Shown: positions 1 through 13,867, counted from the stretch's first letter. The stretch: 64,000 nucleotides of DNA from Botryllus schlosseri (GCA_051294905.1 CM119371.1:32862001-32926000), one strand, 5' to 3'. Notes: a model not told the origin generated them from the letters alone. Translations and numbers: made by a program.

Positions 1-892
1 CAAAGTTCTGATATTGTTATGCGGGGTATCGACATAATAATATACTAAATTATGCAACGCATCAGTTATTTGCGCGGCGATTCCGCGAAGTCAGCTGAGT
101 TTCCGCGGGAACCACATTCTCAAGGGAAACCCCGTTCAACCATCGAGTTTCATAAACACCGGTGAGCTTATGGTTCAACTTACATCTTACTACCCTATTC
201 AGTAAATTTTTAGTCTGTACTCAATAATGATAGTTATAATATTTATTTGGTGTACTAAGTAGTAAGTCGAACACAAAAAGCGAATATAATGATATCTCAT
301 GCTGACTGATCAGCCATGTCGGTTACGCTTTAGTTAATCAGAGGCCGAGCCTCGAAGCAGACAGATCGGAGAGACCGCGTTGGCGTCGCATGTCTTCTCC
401 TCTTGAAGTTCGTTGTGAAGCGAATTCTTATGACTTGTACTTATTCTTACTACACAGGAAATAGTTGTACGTTTTTTAATATGAACCGTTTCTTCCTGTT
501 AAGGAATGCGGTATGAACGCATTCGGTTCTTGCTAGCATAAACCCGTATATATAGTTGCTCAACTGTTCCTGTCGTTGTCGGCTGTCTGACGACCGGCCG
601 CCATATTGGAGAATGCAGATTACATTACGCCACGTGAAGAAATGGAAGGTGAGGCGGTAATGGACTAATGAATGAATTTTGCATGCTTCAAACTTGCCTT
701 TTCAAATTTACATGCTTAAGTCAGAGACAGATTTGTTCAGTTCAGTTGAATTAATTGTTTGAAAATTTCAGAAGTAACTGCAATTTATGGTTATTTTCTA
801 ATATGAAACCATGCTATATAGTATATCCAGTAGGGAATTGGTGTATACGCAAGCACACTTAAGCGACTGGCAGGCTGACTATCACTAGTAGC

Positions 893-1422
893 TGGGGCTG
901 GGCACAATGATTCGAGTACTCGAACCTGAATCGAGTATTGATTCTTATGATTCGAGTCGAGTAGGAAAATACGATATTTTCGAGTACCGGTACTGATATT
1001 ACGCTTCTCTCCACTGAATGACTGAAAGTTACTTTATACCCGAAAATTATAGTTTCGATACTAATTTTCACAGTTGAAGCCTTGAAACCTTGATTGGCGG
1101 TATCGTAGCATACGAAACCTATAGTACAAAAGCTACCAAGGTTACTGGACGTAGCATATTTCCGAAGTCATGATCATCCAACAGCATTGTCACCAAGTGG
1201 GATGAAATCGGTGAAGTCGAAAAAATACCAAAGCATCTTTTATGTGATGGATAAAAGGCATTAAATTCTTGGTGGTGGCATAAACGGTACATATTTCAAC
1301 TTTGACATCTTACATTCTGTTATGACGTCATAATGAGTGATACTTGATTACTTGACTCGACTCGAAGCATATTACGTGATTCAGAATTGAATCACTCAGG
1401 TACTCGATTTTGCCCAGCCCTA
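893..1422. mobile_element. Old hAT-type MITE
   Basis: Imperfect TIRs TGGGGCTGGGCACAA / TTTTGCCCAGCCCTA with subterminal (T)CGAGTAC motifs. Flanking 8-mers CTAGTAGC/CTTACAGC match only partly. A related internal segment occurs at ~4860-5130. Confidence 0.6.
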
Positions 1423-2078
1423 CTTACAGCATGAAAAGTTCGACTGGCTCACCAAGGCAAAGTAAAGCCTATAAATTCAAATCTGCTCATTTTTGCTGCT
1501 TCACCTGTTGAAAAAATGATTGGGGCTCGGTTTCACAAATTTAATCTCCCAATGAAATTTTTATTCTGTTTCACTGCATATTTCAAATTTCGGCTGCTTT
1601 GCAGAAAACGGTTTCGTCTTCTGTCCATGAAGACGAGATGAGCATGATTTCCCATCAAAGCGGAATTGGTTGAAAATATGATTGATAGGATGAAGCGCAG
1701 AAGCTGACATCGTCGTCCCGAAGACAAAATGATGGATTGTGATCGGTATGTTTTTCTCTTTCTGCTATTTTATCTATTACCTTTGTTGGAATAAAGCTGT
1801 TGATTTTGACATAAGCAGTGATCTCTTCAAATATTTGTATTGAGTAGGTAATTTCCATCTATTAATTGCCTCTCATGATATAGGCCTATATAGCTTTCTT
1901 CAGTCATGTTGCAATTGCACGGCATCAATTTTTGCACTGTTTTTAATCTATACTAATACGTCATTACGAAGCGACGTGTTGACGCACTCCACTTTGTTGT
2001 CTTGTAATGAGTTAATGTTGACCTGTATGTATTCAGTGAAGTGATCAACTTGGACTTATAATATATTTTGTTTTACAG

Positions 2079-2158
2079 CATCTCAAAATCTAGATCGGAT
2101 TGTTTCTATACCTACAATTTTTCATAAAGGATATGGCAACTTCTTCCAGGTTGAACAG
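2079..2158 (+). pseudogene. Candidate exon (SQNLDRIVSIPTIFHKGYGNFFQVEQ), probably of the EnSpm-like accessory gene
   Basis: Acceptor TTTTGTTTTACAG, donor CAG|GTACGG, open frame. Confidence 0.45.
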
Positions 2159-2200
2159 GTACGGATTTTTATCAATATTATAAGTAGGCCAACCTGTTTG

Positions 2201-3253
2201 CAGTGTTGGGATGACTCGAGTCATGACTTGACTCGAGTCAGACTCGAGTCACCTTTTTCGCATGACTTGTCTTGACTCGAGTCACTTTGCTGAAATGACT
2301 TGACTTGACTTGACTCGGCGTATCAGAAATGTGGATTGACTCGCGACTCGGATCAAAATTCACGAGTCAATTTCAAGTCATCAAGTAATCGGTGTGGATA
2401 AAATCACTGTATCTTGCATATATTCGGATTGTTCGCGAAACGCTGGTGTAACCCGTGAGAGCAAATAATCATTCAAATATTGTGCGTTTCACTGAGTCTC
2501 GATGGTTCTCTCACAAATAAATTGACCGCAAACGAAGTGATCGAAGCTTACAGCTTACGTTGTCGTAACTCGAGTAGTAAAGTAATAAAATAGCGAAATG
2601 TCTATTTCTGTTCTCTGTTCTTACCTTGACCAAACCTCTTGTCTTATTGAAATGGTCTATAGTTAATATAGTTCTCAACCATTGGCGCAGGCTCGAATTG
2701 TATCATCAATTGGTAAATGGGTAACGTGTTATATCTTATCAATTCGTTTGTCTATTTTCTATTTTGGCTGGTAACTTTAAACTGAGGCTATGCAAATACG
2801 AGGTTCAACAGTTCTGCGTATATGTGAGAGATACAGCGTCTTCTTGCGAGTATATTCAACTCTATATATTCGTTCATCGATTAGGAATTAATGACCACTC
2901 AATCTGTATTTCAGACATCTAGCAAATTGCAATGTCGTAATCATGCCTCATACTTCGAAAAGGCAACTTGACTTGAAATGTGACTTGACTCGTGACTTGA
3001 CTTGACTTGACTCGACTTGACTCGACTTGACTCGACTTGACTCGACTTGACTCGACTTGACTCGACTTGACTCGACTTGACTCGACTTGACTCGACTTGA
3101 CTCGACTTGACTCAAGTCACCTCCAAAAATCGAATGACTTGACTTGACTCGAGTCACTTTTGAAAATCGATTGACTTGACTTGACTCGAGTCAAAATGTG
3201 CAATGACTCGAAATGACTCGTGACTCGAAGGTAGTGACTTGATCCCAACACTG
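2201..3253. mobile_element. hAT MITE with GACTT/GACTC pentamer arrays
   Basis: TIR CAGTGTTGGGAT / ATCCCAACACTG. Perfect 8-bp TSD CCTGTTTG (2193-2200, 3254-3261). Confidence 0.9.
2994..3113. repeat. (GACTTGACTC)n 10-bp tandem array inside the MITE
   Basis: About 11 consecutive CTCGACTTGA units read directly. Confidence 0.95.
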
Positions 3254-4189
3254 CCTGTTTGCTTAAAATTTGGAATGGGAAAAACTATTCCACTACTGGC
3301 ACCAAATCGAACTTCAACTGTAGTTGAGTCGTGGAGATTCGGAGACGATTTCAAATACTGAAAATTACGTTTAATAATATTAATTATTGAATTATAAGTA
3401 TCTCTCAACGTGGTATATTGAACCTTTTTTAGTGAGGTGCAAACCTAAAACCGGTGTTACAAGCACATGCTCTCTTTCAGCTCGGTCCCACAACCCGCAG
3501 TTCTAACTCTGGGTCCGTGAAGCACATCTTTATGGTGTTTGCAGACCTCTAAAATTTTAACCTGAATGATAATATAATTTGTGATTTTCTTAGCTCGGGT
3601 AAAGCATCACTTCGGATATTTCTAGGCTAGTACAGTGTAGATGTAGTAATTTCAAATCCATGTCAAAGCTACTTCAACCAAGTAGGAAATGAAGGGCTGC
3701 AAAGTACTCAAGTAGTTTCAAAAAGTAGATATCAGCAGTTATCCGAGGTTGCTACTTCGAACTCGCCAAGATGTACCTTTGCAACTTGCAAAAAAAGGAC
3801 TATTGACAAGAGGTGGATGGCGGTTGCACTATTATTGAGCATGATTTGAACTAAAACTTTAGGGGTGTCTGTACGGATGCCTTTCCTTGATGGTTAAGAA
3901 AAATGGTCCGCGCCGACAAAAAATTGAGAGCCACTCTACTAAAGGTTACTGTTCACGTTAGCTGATGACTCAAAATGGTCATCACTTCCACCTGGCCAAG
4001 TCCGCATATACATTGGCCTATTTGCTATTTGATATCATATGTTGACTGAAAATAGGATCCGCAGTGCCCTGCTGCCGGTATATTTCATAAGCTGATTACT
4101 GAAATAACATCAATGTGTGTCTGTGTGTGTGTGTTAAGTGTATGTTTGACCTGATGCTTCTTTCACATAATAATATATTTCTTTGAGAC

Positions 4190-4433
4190 ACCCAAATCCG
4201 CGTGTCCTACAATTTGCTACGATACAATGAAGAAAGAGTTGAGCGTCTGGTTTGATGTTGAAAAGGTGAAGAATATCGAGAGCTTCCATGAGGCATTTGC
4301 AGTGATGCTAGAAATTCATTGGGTCTTCGAAATGCAGTTTCTGACTGTCGTGTCAGTTTTTCTGGCGCGTTTGCCAGGTGTAAAAGACATCAGTACTGCA
4401 GCTTATGCCAAACTGGATCACATTCGTGACTAA
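4190..4433 (+). pseudogene. Last-exon remnant resembling the C-terminus of CACTA/EnSpm accessory (SAMD3-like) proteins
   Basis: ...SVWFDVEKVKNIESFHEAFAVMLEIHWVFEMQF resembles the recalled 'F..A...L...YWVFNL.YP' motif, and lies just inside the EnSpm-like terminus. Confidence 0.4.
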
Positions 4434-5496
4434 TTTGCAAATAAAGGCATTGGAATGAAGGTGATTTAGTGTTTTGTGAAAGCTTAAAGTGTGGTTATAT
4501 GCTGTACCTCGAGGATATCCGGGTAGGATGAAGCGGAATCCGGATAGGACAAGGTGGAAAGTTGCCCACCTTATGATGAGGTGGGAAAATAACCACCAGG
4601 TGAAATAAGGTAGAAAATTTCCCTCCTCTTCTGAAGGTTTTTTTTGGAACACCTTAAAAGGTGGGCCCAGTTTTTAGAGTGTATATTGATAGTATTAATC
4701 AAATAGCACAGAGATCGCCGAAAAAGGACGTTGATTATTATGTGCGTTGGCTCGAACGCTGCTCTTCGGAGCCGAGTATTAAGAACTGATGTTTCAGAAT
4801 GCTAAAGTCCTACGCCCATTACCATGAATATCCAATCTTTAGTTCCTATATTCTCCAATGGAAGCTTTGAAACCTCGACTGGTTCGTGTCGCAGCATACG
4901 AAACATGCAGTGCAATATATCTATATCTATATCTATATCTATGAAGTCGTTACTCGTGATCAGCCCACACAATTGTCATAAAGTTTAATGAAATAGGCTT
5001 GCTAGGAAAATTACAAAATGATCTGTGATGTAGAACAGGTATGGTATTATTTGTGGTAGCGTAAATGGTACATATTCATACTGATATAAGGTCAGAATTG
5101 AATCTCTCAGGTTTCACTCAACTTTCTCCAGTCATAGTTGTAAGTCACGTGTGGTAAATAAGGTTATCTGGCAAAACGATAGTGGAGATAAGAAGTAAGA
5201 GCCGTAACATAGTTGACACTGGCAGCTTTGTGTGTTCTGAAGTGTAAGCTTAAGTATCAACACATCTATTGCTCACATCGGCACAAGGACTTTCAGCGTT
5301 AATTTTGACGAATTGGTCCTTGATGAAGACCACCTTATAAAATCCCGTATGTGTTTCCGACGCGTGTACGTTACCGTCAAATCAATAACTGATTTATTTT
5401 GACGACACATTATCCCTATGTCGTCGGTCACTATATATTCAAGTAAAAGATTGAGGTTTGGCTTATTTTAATTTTACCACGAGTGGAATAGATTAA

Positions 5497-5647
5497 GATG
5501 TCGAATGCGGCCCAAAAGAGCTAAAAAGTTTGCCCAATGCCCACCCCTGGGTGGATTGAAGATGTGGCGGATTTACGAATGCATCAACGACCCGCACAGT
5601 TTTGAAGTGGACTGTGAAACGATTGAGAGAATCCCGTAATGCTATGA
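5497..5647 (+). pseudogene. 5' part of orphan gene copy A (continues at ~22200-22430 beyond the insertions)
   Basis: GATTTACGAATGCATCAACGACCCGCACAGTTTTGAAGTGGACTGTGAAACG...AATCCCGT (5570-5638) aligns with 24085-24152 of copy C. Confidence 0.7.
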
Positions 5648-5733
5648 TAGGGTTCCAATACGTCCGGAATTTCCGGGACATGTCCGGAATTTCACGGTTC
5701 AAGCTTGCGCCCGGGAGGAATTCCTAAGATATG
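5648..5733. mobile_element. Left end of a hAT-like MITE (TAGGGTTCCAATACGTCCGG...) split by element 1
   Basis: TAGGG terminus and GTCCGGAATTT repeats. The motif resumes as ATGTCCAGAATTT at ~22180 after the TSD. Confidence 0.55.
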
Positions 5734-8700
5734 AGTAGTATATATGATCGCTCGTGATTTGCCTGGGGTTCTTATGGGCCCGCTCGACCGGTGCCGCGGA
5801 ACTCGTGTTGAACCGGGGACCCTTTTGACCCCCCCTTGCGGTGATGACTCGTACTTTCAGACCCCCCTTCCGCTTGACCGGTGCCTGGGTTGGTATAGGC
5901 ATCTCTCGACCGGTAACCCTTTTCGGTATAGGGATCGCTCGACCGGTGTTGAAGAAGTATCAAGTAAATAGTCACGTGATTGGTCCTTAGTTAATGTGTA
6001 TATCCCAAATTATTTTATATGACCGATTCGGGTTAATCCTAACGTTTACGGTGAATGCGACTTCAATATATCGTTATTCTTATGGATGCGGCGATGATTG
6101 GTACTTTCGGGTATAGGCGGCGGCGGCGGCATGCTAACGTGAAAACCGGGGGTGGCATGCTAATGTTTTTAGGTATACGTGCGGCGACATGCTAACGACG
6201 ATAATGTGTCTGTCATGTATTCTTACGGGATCTCTGGTGATGTGCCATTGTTTCTTATGGGTGCGACGGCATATCGTACTCATGGATATAGGAATCTATC
6301 ACACGGTGTTGAATATGTATCAAGTAAATAATCACGAGTATCACTAAACAGGAAATTCACTAAACCCCAGTGCAATGTACGATTTTGAAAAACAGATATT
6401 CGCGACCGCGTTTTGACATTTGTGACCCACTAAATACATCCGTTTTGGAAACGCGTCCTGTTGTGCAAGAGGATTTCGAGCGCGCACTATCGTATCGATT
6501 ATTACACTAATCCAGTCAGTACTATTACATGCAGGAGTATTCCGTATTCAGCAGCGACACGAAAAGCGACCAACAAATAACCGCACTCGTAAATTAACAT
6601 CTCAAAAAGTGTAAAATAGATTGCAAATCCCGCGATCGCTAACAAGATAATGTCTCGGGCCTAACCATTTTTAGTGACTTGGTGTTAAAGACATACCGAT
6701 CGCTCACAAGGTAATATTTCGGTAATTAGTTTACCACAGAGCCGGCGTAGACGGTGATTCGAAAACCAACAATTTGACGCTTTCTGGTGCTTGCTATATG
6801 TTTTGACACTTCGGAAAGTGGTTGAATTTAGTTGTATGATAAGAATCATGTGAATATACAAGTAATGTGTCAATTTGTCAACTTGAAATGAAACTTACTA
6901 CACAAACCAAGTTGATTCGTATGTGTCAATTCGGTACAATTCTAATTATTTTGAGAAATCTTTTTAACGTGATCTTTTGATTCGACCGTAACCTGAATAT
7001 TACTGACGCCGACTTTCAGCCACATCGAATTATTCGCACATTCCGCGCCGCTGTTTTCACAATCATAGAATCAATACCAACTATAACTCTACAAGAATCA
7101 AGAATCACAAGTATGTGCATTATACAGTTATTGTCTTTATTAACTTGAAATCAAACTCTTAACAAAAACACACATCTTATCACTCGTCAACTCTATCATG
7201 AAAATCCTCGAGTCCTTATTATCACAAATGTTATAGCGCGGTGTCGGAATCCATTCGCGGGATGTACTAAAGGTAAATCCAGATAATCCAAAATGAAATA
7301 TTTGGACTTTGACATAATCTGAATTGAAATATATTGACAAACATGACTACCAACTTTGATCCAGTCACATTTCAAGATCATACTTTGAAACAATCCTTGA
7401 AACTTACAACTCTATTCACGACTGAGTTTTCCGTTTATCAAATAGAGTTTCAGTAAATACTATCGCGAAATTTTAATGTGTTACTACACACAATAGAATC
7501 AATCAATGAAATAACACCTGTTGTAAATATTTCTAACTTGACAACCACTTGTGCATACCGCGATCGACTTGTGACGCGATGAGTTAAATCGGAATATTTC
7601 AATCTATTTGTCGATACCTTGAACAAACTATCAGGTTATTTTTTGTTGCAATCGAGTGAACGGAAATAGTATTACGTCTCAACATTTTAACATCTTCCCA
7701 TACACAAAAGAGTAAAATACAAAAAAACCTTGTCAAGTAAATCCGTTTGTAACTTACCCGACCAACTCAAGCAGTTAGCCAAGCATACACGAGTAATCAC
7801 CACAATCCAAAATCCATAACAAGTTCGGTTGTACTCATAGTCCACCAACTCGTATTTTATTCAACTTCAAAAGTCGTTACTATTCTGTAAGAAAGAGGAA
7901 TTACTACGCGGTATATTCTGCAAGACAAAGTAATTATTACTCGATATATTTTGTAAGACAAAAGTAATTACTACCCGCTGCAGGTGACTTGAGATTAACA
8001 TAATATGTTCGAGTATACGAGATTTGAAAGTCTGATCAACGTAGTCGCGACTTCATTTCTTACAATCGAACGTTGGTGTTATATTCAAAGTTATCATACT
8101 ATAAACATAAGGATTGACACATTGATTCGACATATGAGATTTTGTAATAGTTGATCACGACTTGACTATTAAATTATTCGCGTTAATTAGACCCGGCGTT
8201 GTGTTGAAAGTTATGACAGCAACAAACTTTTCGGAAACATTGTTATTAAAATATCGATTTGTAAATCTATACTTGTCTGAAATGTTCGTGATTTGAAAGA
8301 TATTCCGTGTTGGTACAAATCACTCTGCGTATTACGGATATCAGAAAATATTTCCAGTACCCAAGACTAAAGATGAAACAACAATTTCGTTTGCTGATTA
8401 ACAACCGGTGCAATACTTTACTGTCGGGATCTGCGGTGAGAATTGAAACTTACACACATTACGCAGTACGAAAATATCACTTTGGGCTCCGGAAGGAGTC
8501 ATTTAATCCGTGTTAAACTCGGTTCACACTCTCTGTTGAAAATGTGCGAAATTTAAAAACATTACGAGGTCACACTCTAAGACTTTGATCATCAAAAAGT
8601 AAATAGAGCTATCTTTACTGGACGGCTTCTATTCAACCGGTCTTGATTAATACAAAACCCATAACAATAATATCGAAGTACGTGCTACACTGAAATCTAC

Positions 8701-10699
8701 AAAAATGTGTTTGAGAAATTAAAAATTTTCCCATTGTCATTCGTCAAAGTAAATGTCGTCACAATACTCTATCACTAAAAAACCATATACTTGTATGTGA
8801 TTGAATCACCAGCAATTAACTAGCTAAATCAAACCCCTAAGAAATTTCACTCACTCATTGGATATTAAACAACGTTGCTTAATCGGTGTGAGTCGTTTTT
8901 TCTAAATATAAATCATATCTGTCCATCAGAAAACAATTTTCACTCACTTGGGTAATGAAATCAGTGTGCAATATCAATACAAGATATTTCCGTCACACAA
9001 TAAATAATCAACTTCACTCGAAATTTCCATACGACGAAACTGTACAAAGGTTTCATGTTTTTTTGTATGAAATGGAATTAATACCGATCGAAGTAACAGT
9101 ATTAGAAATGACTTTCAAACAAAGACACTATATGTGGTTAACATTCTCATCGATTCTATTGTGATCAATGTATATTTCATGTGATCTGGATTCATTTCGA
9201 TATGGTTAAACATTCAACCTCAACGGATACGAATCGTCACACACTCAAGTAATATCATACCAAATAGGTATTTACAACAACCAAGACACAGAAAATTTGT
9301 TTGGTCGTTTCGATTTTATTACTGGAGGTACTCATCACTTCGCTTAATACAATCTAGATTTAAACTCCATCGAACCTTTGGAGCCTATCGTTTTGCTGGA
9401 TACGAATTATGTTAGTCTAACAGTACACAATTTTCACTATCTTGGGTTATGAACTCAGTATGTTAGCGATCATTCAATATTTTGTAGTATCAACTAGTTA
9501 CTTCGTAGGATACGAATGATCATCCTCACAACTCTTACAAAAGTACGAAGGATATTTACATCACACAAAGTAATCGACTTTACTCGATATCCTCACACTA
9601 CGAAACTGAATGGTTGGTTTGACTCTACAAACTGTTTTTGATGTCACAAGAACTTTTTTTTTCACGAATGGTCACGCATCTAAATATTCAAATATTCCAA
9701 CACACACAACTATAGTACTTAGAGAAATATCATAGTTCTTGTAACAAAGTTGTATATGTACAATGCTTATCGTAGGTCCTACACATTTACGATAGCCGTC
9801 AGAGTTTGACTTTTAGAAACATTATACCGACATCGTGACATCTTTCAAAATTAGAACCACGGTGACTACTTGAGAGACTTATCAATGATATCGCAGTAAT
9901 AGAGTTACTTCCACAAAAGAGTATGTATTCGACTTACGTTCCACAAATCTAACGCGTAAAACAATTTACTTTGCTAACGAAAAGCGCTGAGTCATCACAT
10001 GGTTGTCTTCACAACAATACAACTAAAACATACTATCATACAAAATGATCGTTATAGTTTGCACACCAATGGTACATCGTACAAGTAACAAGTCTCGAGA
10101 ATCCAGTTACTCAAAAAACGTGAAAGTATTTTTACGCCAAGTCGTTATGTTGACGAAAGCGTATATTGTAATATCATGATCGATTTGCATTCGTTGGCTG
10201 CAAAATGTCACTACTCCAAATAATCATATCTCACTCAAAAGCATACTTGTCACCATTCGTTTTCATCAAGCACGAGTTCAAGAAACTTACTACGATATCA
10301 ATTGTTATTTTTATGTTGTGTAAATAGGTAATAATTAATTTTAGTAACACTATATCAACATCACGGAGTTGTGCGAATAGATTTACACGTAGTCTTGTGG
10401 TTTTAATCGAAGTACACAGCACGGTCTAATGTAGAGTCATCTCTATTGTGCAGCAACTCGGTAATCGAAATGCATTAACATTTGAACAGCGATCTTGTTT
10501 CGTCACACCAAAAATATGTTCACTGTCGCGATACTCTACACAAGACGTGCAAATCCTTTTCACACTCGTAATAGTATAACAACAGCTACCGGTGATAACG
10601 TTTAACAATACCAACGACACTAAACATACGATACCTACCCAAGTAAAATTATCATTTTCACCTGGAGGTCAGTCGTTACCCGAGTAGAAATACCGTTGT

Positions 10700-11250
10700 C
10701 CTTTGACGATTTATCGTTTACCCAGTGTAACAAACCCCTTTTCCTTTGGAAATCTATTTTTTCTCTGGGTAACAAACCTTTTTCACTTGGAAATATATTT
10801 TTTTCTCTGGGTAACAAACCTTTTTTACTTGGAAATATATTTTTCCCTGAGCAACAAACCATTTTCACTGAGCAACAAACCATTTTCACTGAGCAACAAA
10901 TCATTTTCACTTCGCGGGTCGTCGTTTACCTGAGTAAAAATATCATTTACCTTTGGAGATCTGGCGTTTCCCCAGTGTAACAATACATTTTTTCATGGAA
11001 ATCTACCTTTTCCCTGAACAACAAACCCTTTTCGTTTGCAAATCTATTTTTTTCCTACAACAACAAACCATTTTCACTTGGAAAAATACTTTTACCTAGG
11101 GTAACTAATCATTTTATTTTGGAAATATATTTTCTCCCTGGGCAACAAACCCTTTTCGTTTGGAAAACTATCATTTACCTGAGTACCAATACCGTTTTCA
11201 CTTGGAAATCTATCTTTTCCCTGGGTAACAATACCATTTTCGTTTTGAAA
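10700..11250. repeat. Minisatellite (~39-40 bp unit, ~20 bp subunit) in element 1 spacer
   Basis: Repeated CTGGGTAACAAACCTTTTCACTTGGAAATATATTTTTT and CTGAGCAACAAACCATTTTCA. Confidence 0.9.
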
Positions 11251-13867
11251 ACTGACAACTACACCGGTCAATTCTGATATTTTTTGTATATTGTTACAAC
11301 AGACAGTGACAAAATATACACCAACAACGACTCCGATACATTTGTGTAATCACATATTCACTTGTTCTGGTGCATCCCATCAAAACCCTCAGTTACCCAC
11401 ATGTAATGCGCTGTATATCGATGTGTATGTTTTGGAAATTGGACAATAGGTTTCGACATGTCCGCGATGTCCGGGTTCGCGCTTTGGATTTTCCAGAGTC
11501 AAAATGTCTGAATAAAACACCTCCTCGACGATGGTTGGTATGTGGATAACGGTGTTCGGTAAACGGTTGGATTTATGTCACCCATCGCGATAACAATTCC
11601 AGGTCGAGTTTTCCCCCCGCATGTTTACTATATTGTATCTTTATTGGTCAATGTATGTCCCGACATTCAGTTTGAAATCGGAAAGCCTGATAAAGTATGT
11701 AACCGGATCCGGATATCAACTCTGAATCGATAAACCAATGAACAATATTCAAAGTAAACATGTTACACCCTGTGTTTCCACGAAAAAATACCATCCAGAC
11801 ATACGTCACGCTTGTTTGCCCACACCAGTATACGCGTAAATGGAGGTGTGTGACATTGCATCCAATGTGTTGGTATACAAACATCGGGGAGTAAGCCTTC
11901 GATCCACAGACATTATCATAGCCGGTAGTTTTGATGTAGATCGAATGCCATCAAGCACACCCGATAACAATGTCAGACCAATAAGCCACATTGCAATGAC
12001 TCTGAGTCCGCGCTATTACATCGATATTTCGACACCGTTCACTGATTTACTCGATCAGTCTTTCACTAAATCACGATGCATGGATGTCGCTACTCCCACA
12101 TAACGACTCCGGATAAATATCGCGAAGAGTGATTCTGAAAACAACTTTGTTACAAGAACTATGATATTTCTGTAAGTACTATAGTTGTGTGTGTTGGATT
12201 ATTTGGATATTTAGATGCGTGACCATTCCTGAAAAAAAAGTTCTTGTGACATCAAAAACAGTTTGTAGAGTCAAACCAACCATTCAGTTTCGTAGTGTGA
12301 GGATATCGAGTAAAGTCGATTACTTTGTGTGATGTAAATATCCTTCGTACTTTTGTAAGAGTTGTGAGGATGATCATTCGTATCCTACGAAGTAACTAGT
12401 TGATACTACAAAATATTGAATGATCGCTAACATACTGAGTTCATAACCCAAGATAGTGAAAACTGTGTACTGTTAGACTAACATAATTCGTATCCAGCAA
12501 AACGATAGGTACCAAAGGTTCGATGGAGTTTTAATCTAGATTGTATTAAGCGAAGTGATGAGTACCTCCAGTAATAAAATCGAAACGACCAAACAAATTT
12601 TCTGTGTCTTGGTTGTTGTAAATACCTATTTGGTATGATAATACTTGAGTGTGTGACGATTCGTATCCGTTGAGGTTGAATGTTTAACCATATCGAAATG
12701 AATCCAGATCACATGAAATATACATTGATCACAATAGAATCGATGAGAATGTTAACCACATATAGTGTCTTTGTTTGAAAGTCATTTCTAATACGGTTAC
12801 TTCGATCGGTATTAATTCCATGTCATACAAAAAAACATGAAACCTTTGTACAGTTTCGTCGTATGGAAATTTCGAGTGAAGTTGATTATTTTTTGTGTGA
12901 CGGAAATATCTTGTATTGATATTGCACACTGATTTCATTACCCAAGTGAGTGAAAATTGTTTTCTGATGGACAGATATGATTTATATTTAGAAAAAACGA
13001 CTCACACCGATTAAGCGACGTTGTTTAATATCCAATGAGTGAGTGAAATTTCTTAGGGGTTTGATTTAGCTAGTTAATTGCTGGTGATTCAATCACATAC
13101 AAGTATATGTTTTTTTAGTGATAGAGTATTGTGACGACATTTACTTTGACGAATGACAATGGGAAAATTTTTAATTTCTCAAACACATTTTTGTAGATTT
13201 CAGTGTAGCACGTACTTCGATATTATTGTTATGGGTTTTGTATTAATCAAGACCGGTCGAATAGAAGCCGTCCAGTAAAGATAGCTCTATTTACTTTTTG
13301 ATGATCAAAGTCTTAGAGTGTGACCTCGTAATGTTTTTAAATTTCGCACATTTTCAACAGAGAGTGTGAACCGAGTTTAACACGGATTAAATGACTCCTT
13401 CCGGAGCCCAAAGTGATATTTTCGTACTGCGTATTGTGTGTAAGTTTCAATTCTCACCGCAGATCCCGACAATAAAGTATTGCACCGGTTGTTAATCAGC
13501 AAACGAAATTGTTGTTTCATCTTTAGTCTTGGGTACTGGAAATATTTTCTGATATCCGTAATACGCAGAGTGATTTGTACCAACACGGAATACCTTTCAA
13601 ATCAAGAACATTTCAGACAAGTATAGATTTACAAATCAATATTTTAATAACAATGTTTCCGAAAAGTTTGTTGCTGTCATAACTTTCAACACAACGCCGG
13701 GTCTAATTAACGCGAATAATTTAATACCCAAGTCGTGATCAACTATTACAAAATCTCATATGTAGGTAGGTAGGTATTAGGGGGGGTATGGGGCTTAGCT
13801 ACGTGGCTTTTTTCCCCATGACGATAACTAGCGATTATTCGCGACTATACCAATGGGTTACGACTGT

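Larger units (their letters stand above)
1..4681 (+). mobile_element. Probable right part of a decayed CACTA/EnSpm-like DNA transposon (left end outside window)
   Basis: Ends ...TTTTTAGAGTG|TA at 4681 (reverse complement CACTCTAAAAA, typical of animal EnSpm termini). AAGGTG-rich subterminal region 4540-4665. Upstream exon remnants 2079-2158 and ~4190-4433. Confidence 0.5.

Noticed and set aside
2948..3157. SSRVKSSQVE-repeat ORF
   Set aside because: Product of the GACTTGACTC array inside a MITE.
5315..5350. Possible second hammerhead (TTGATGAAGACC)
   Set aside because: No downstream GAAA core or closing stems.
6685..9164. Short ORFs 'conserved' in two to four places (e.g. MKSVCNINTRYF..., MLVQITLRITD...)
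   Set aside because: Recurrence only reflects the inverted arms; the frames are not maintained in element 2.
10635..10980. Overlapping 76-94 aa ORFs with repeated peptides; CRISPR-like periodicity
   Set aside because: These are translations of a minisatellite; there are no unique spacers and no cas genes.
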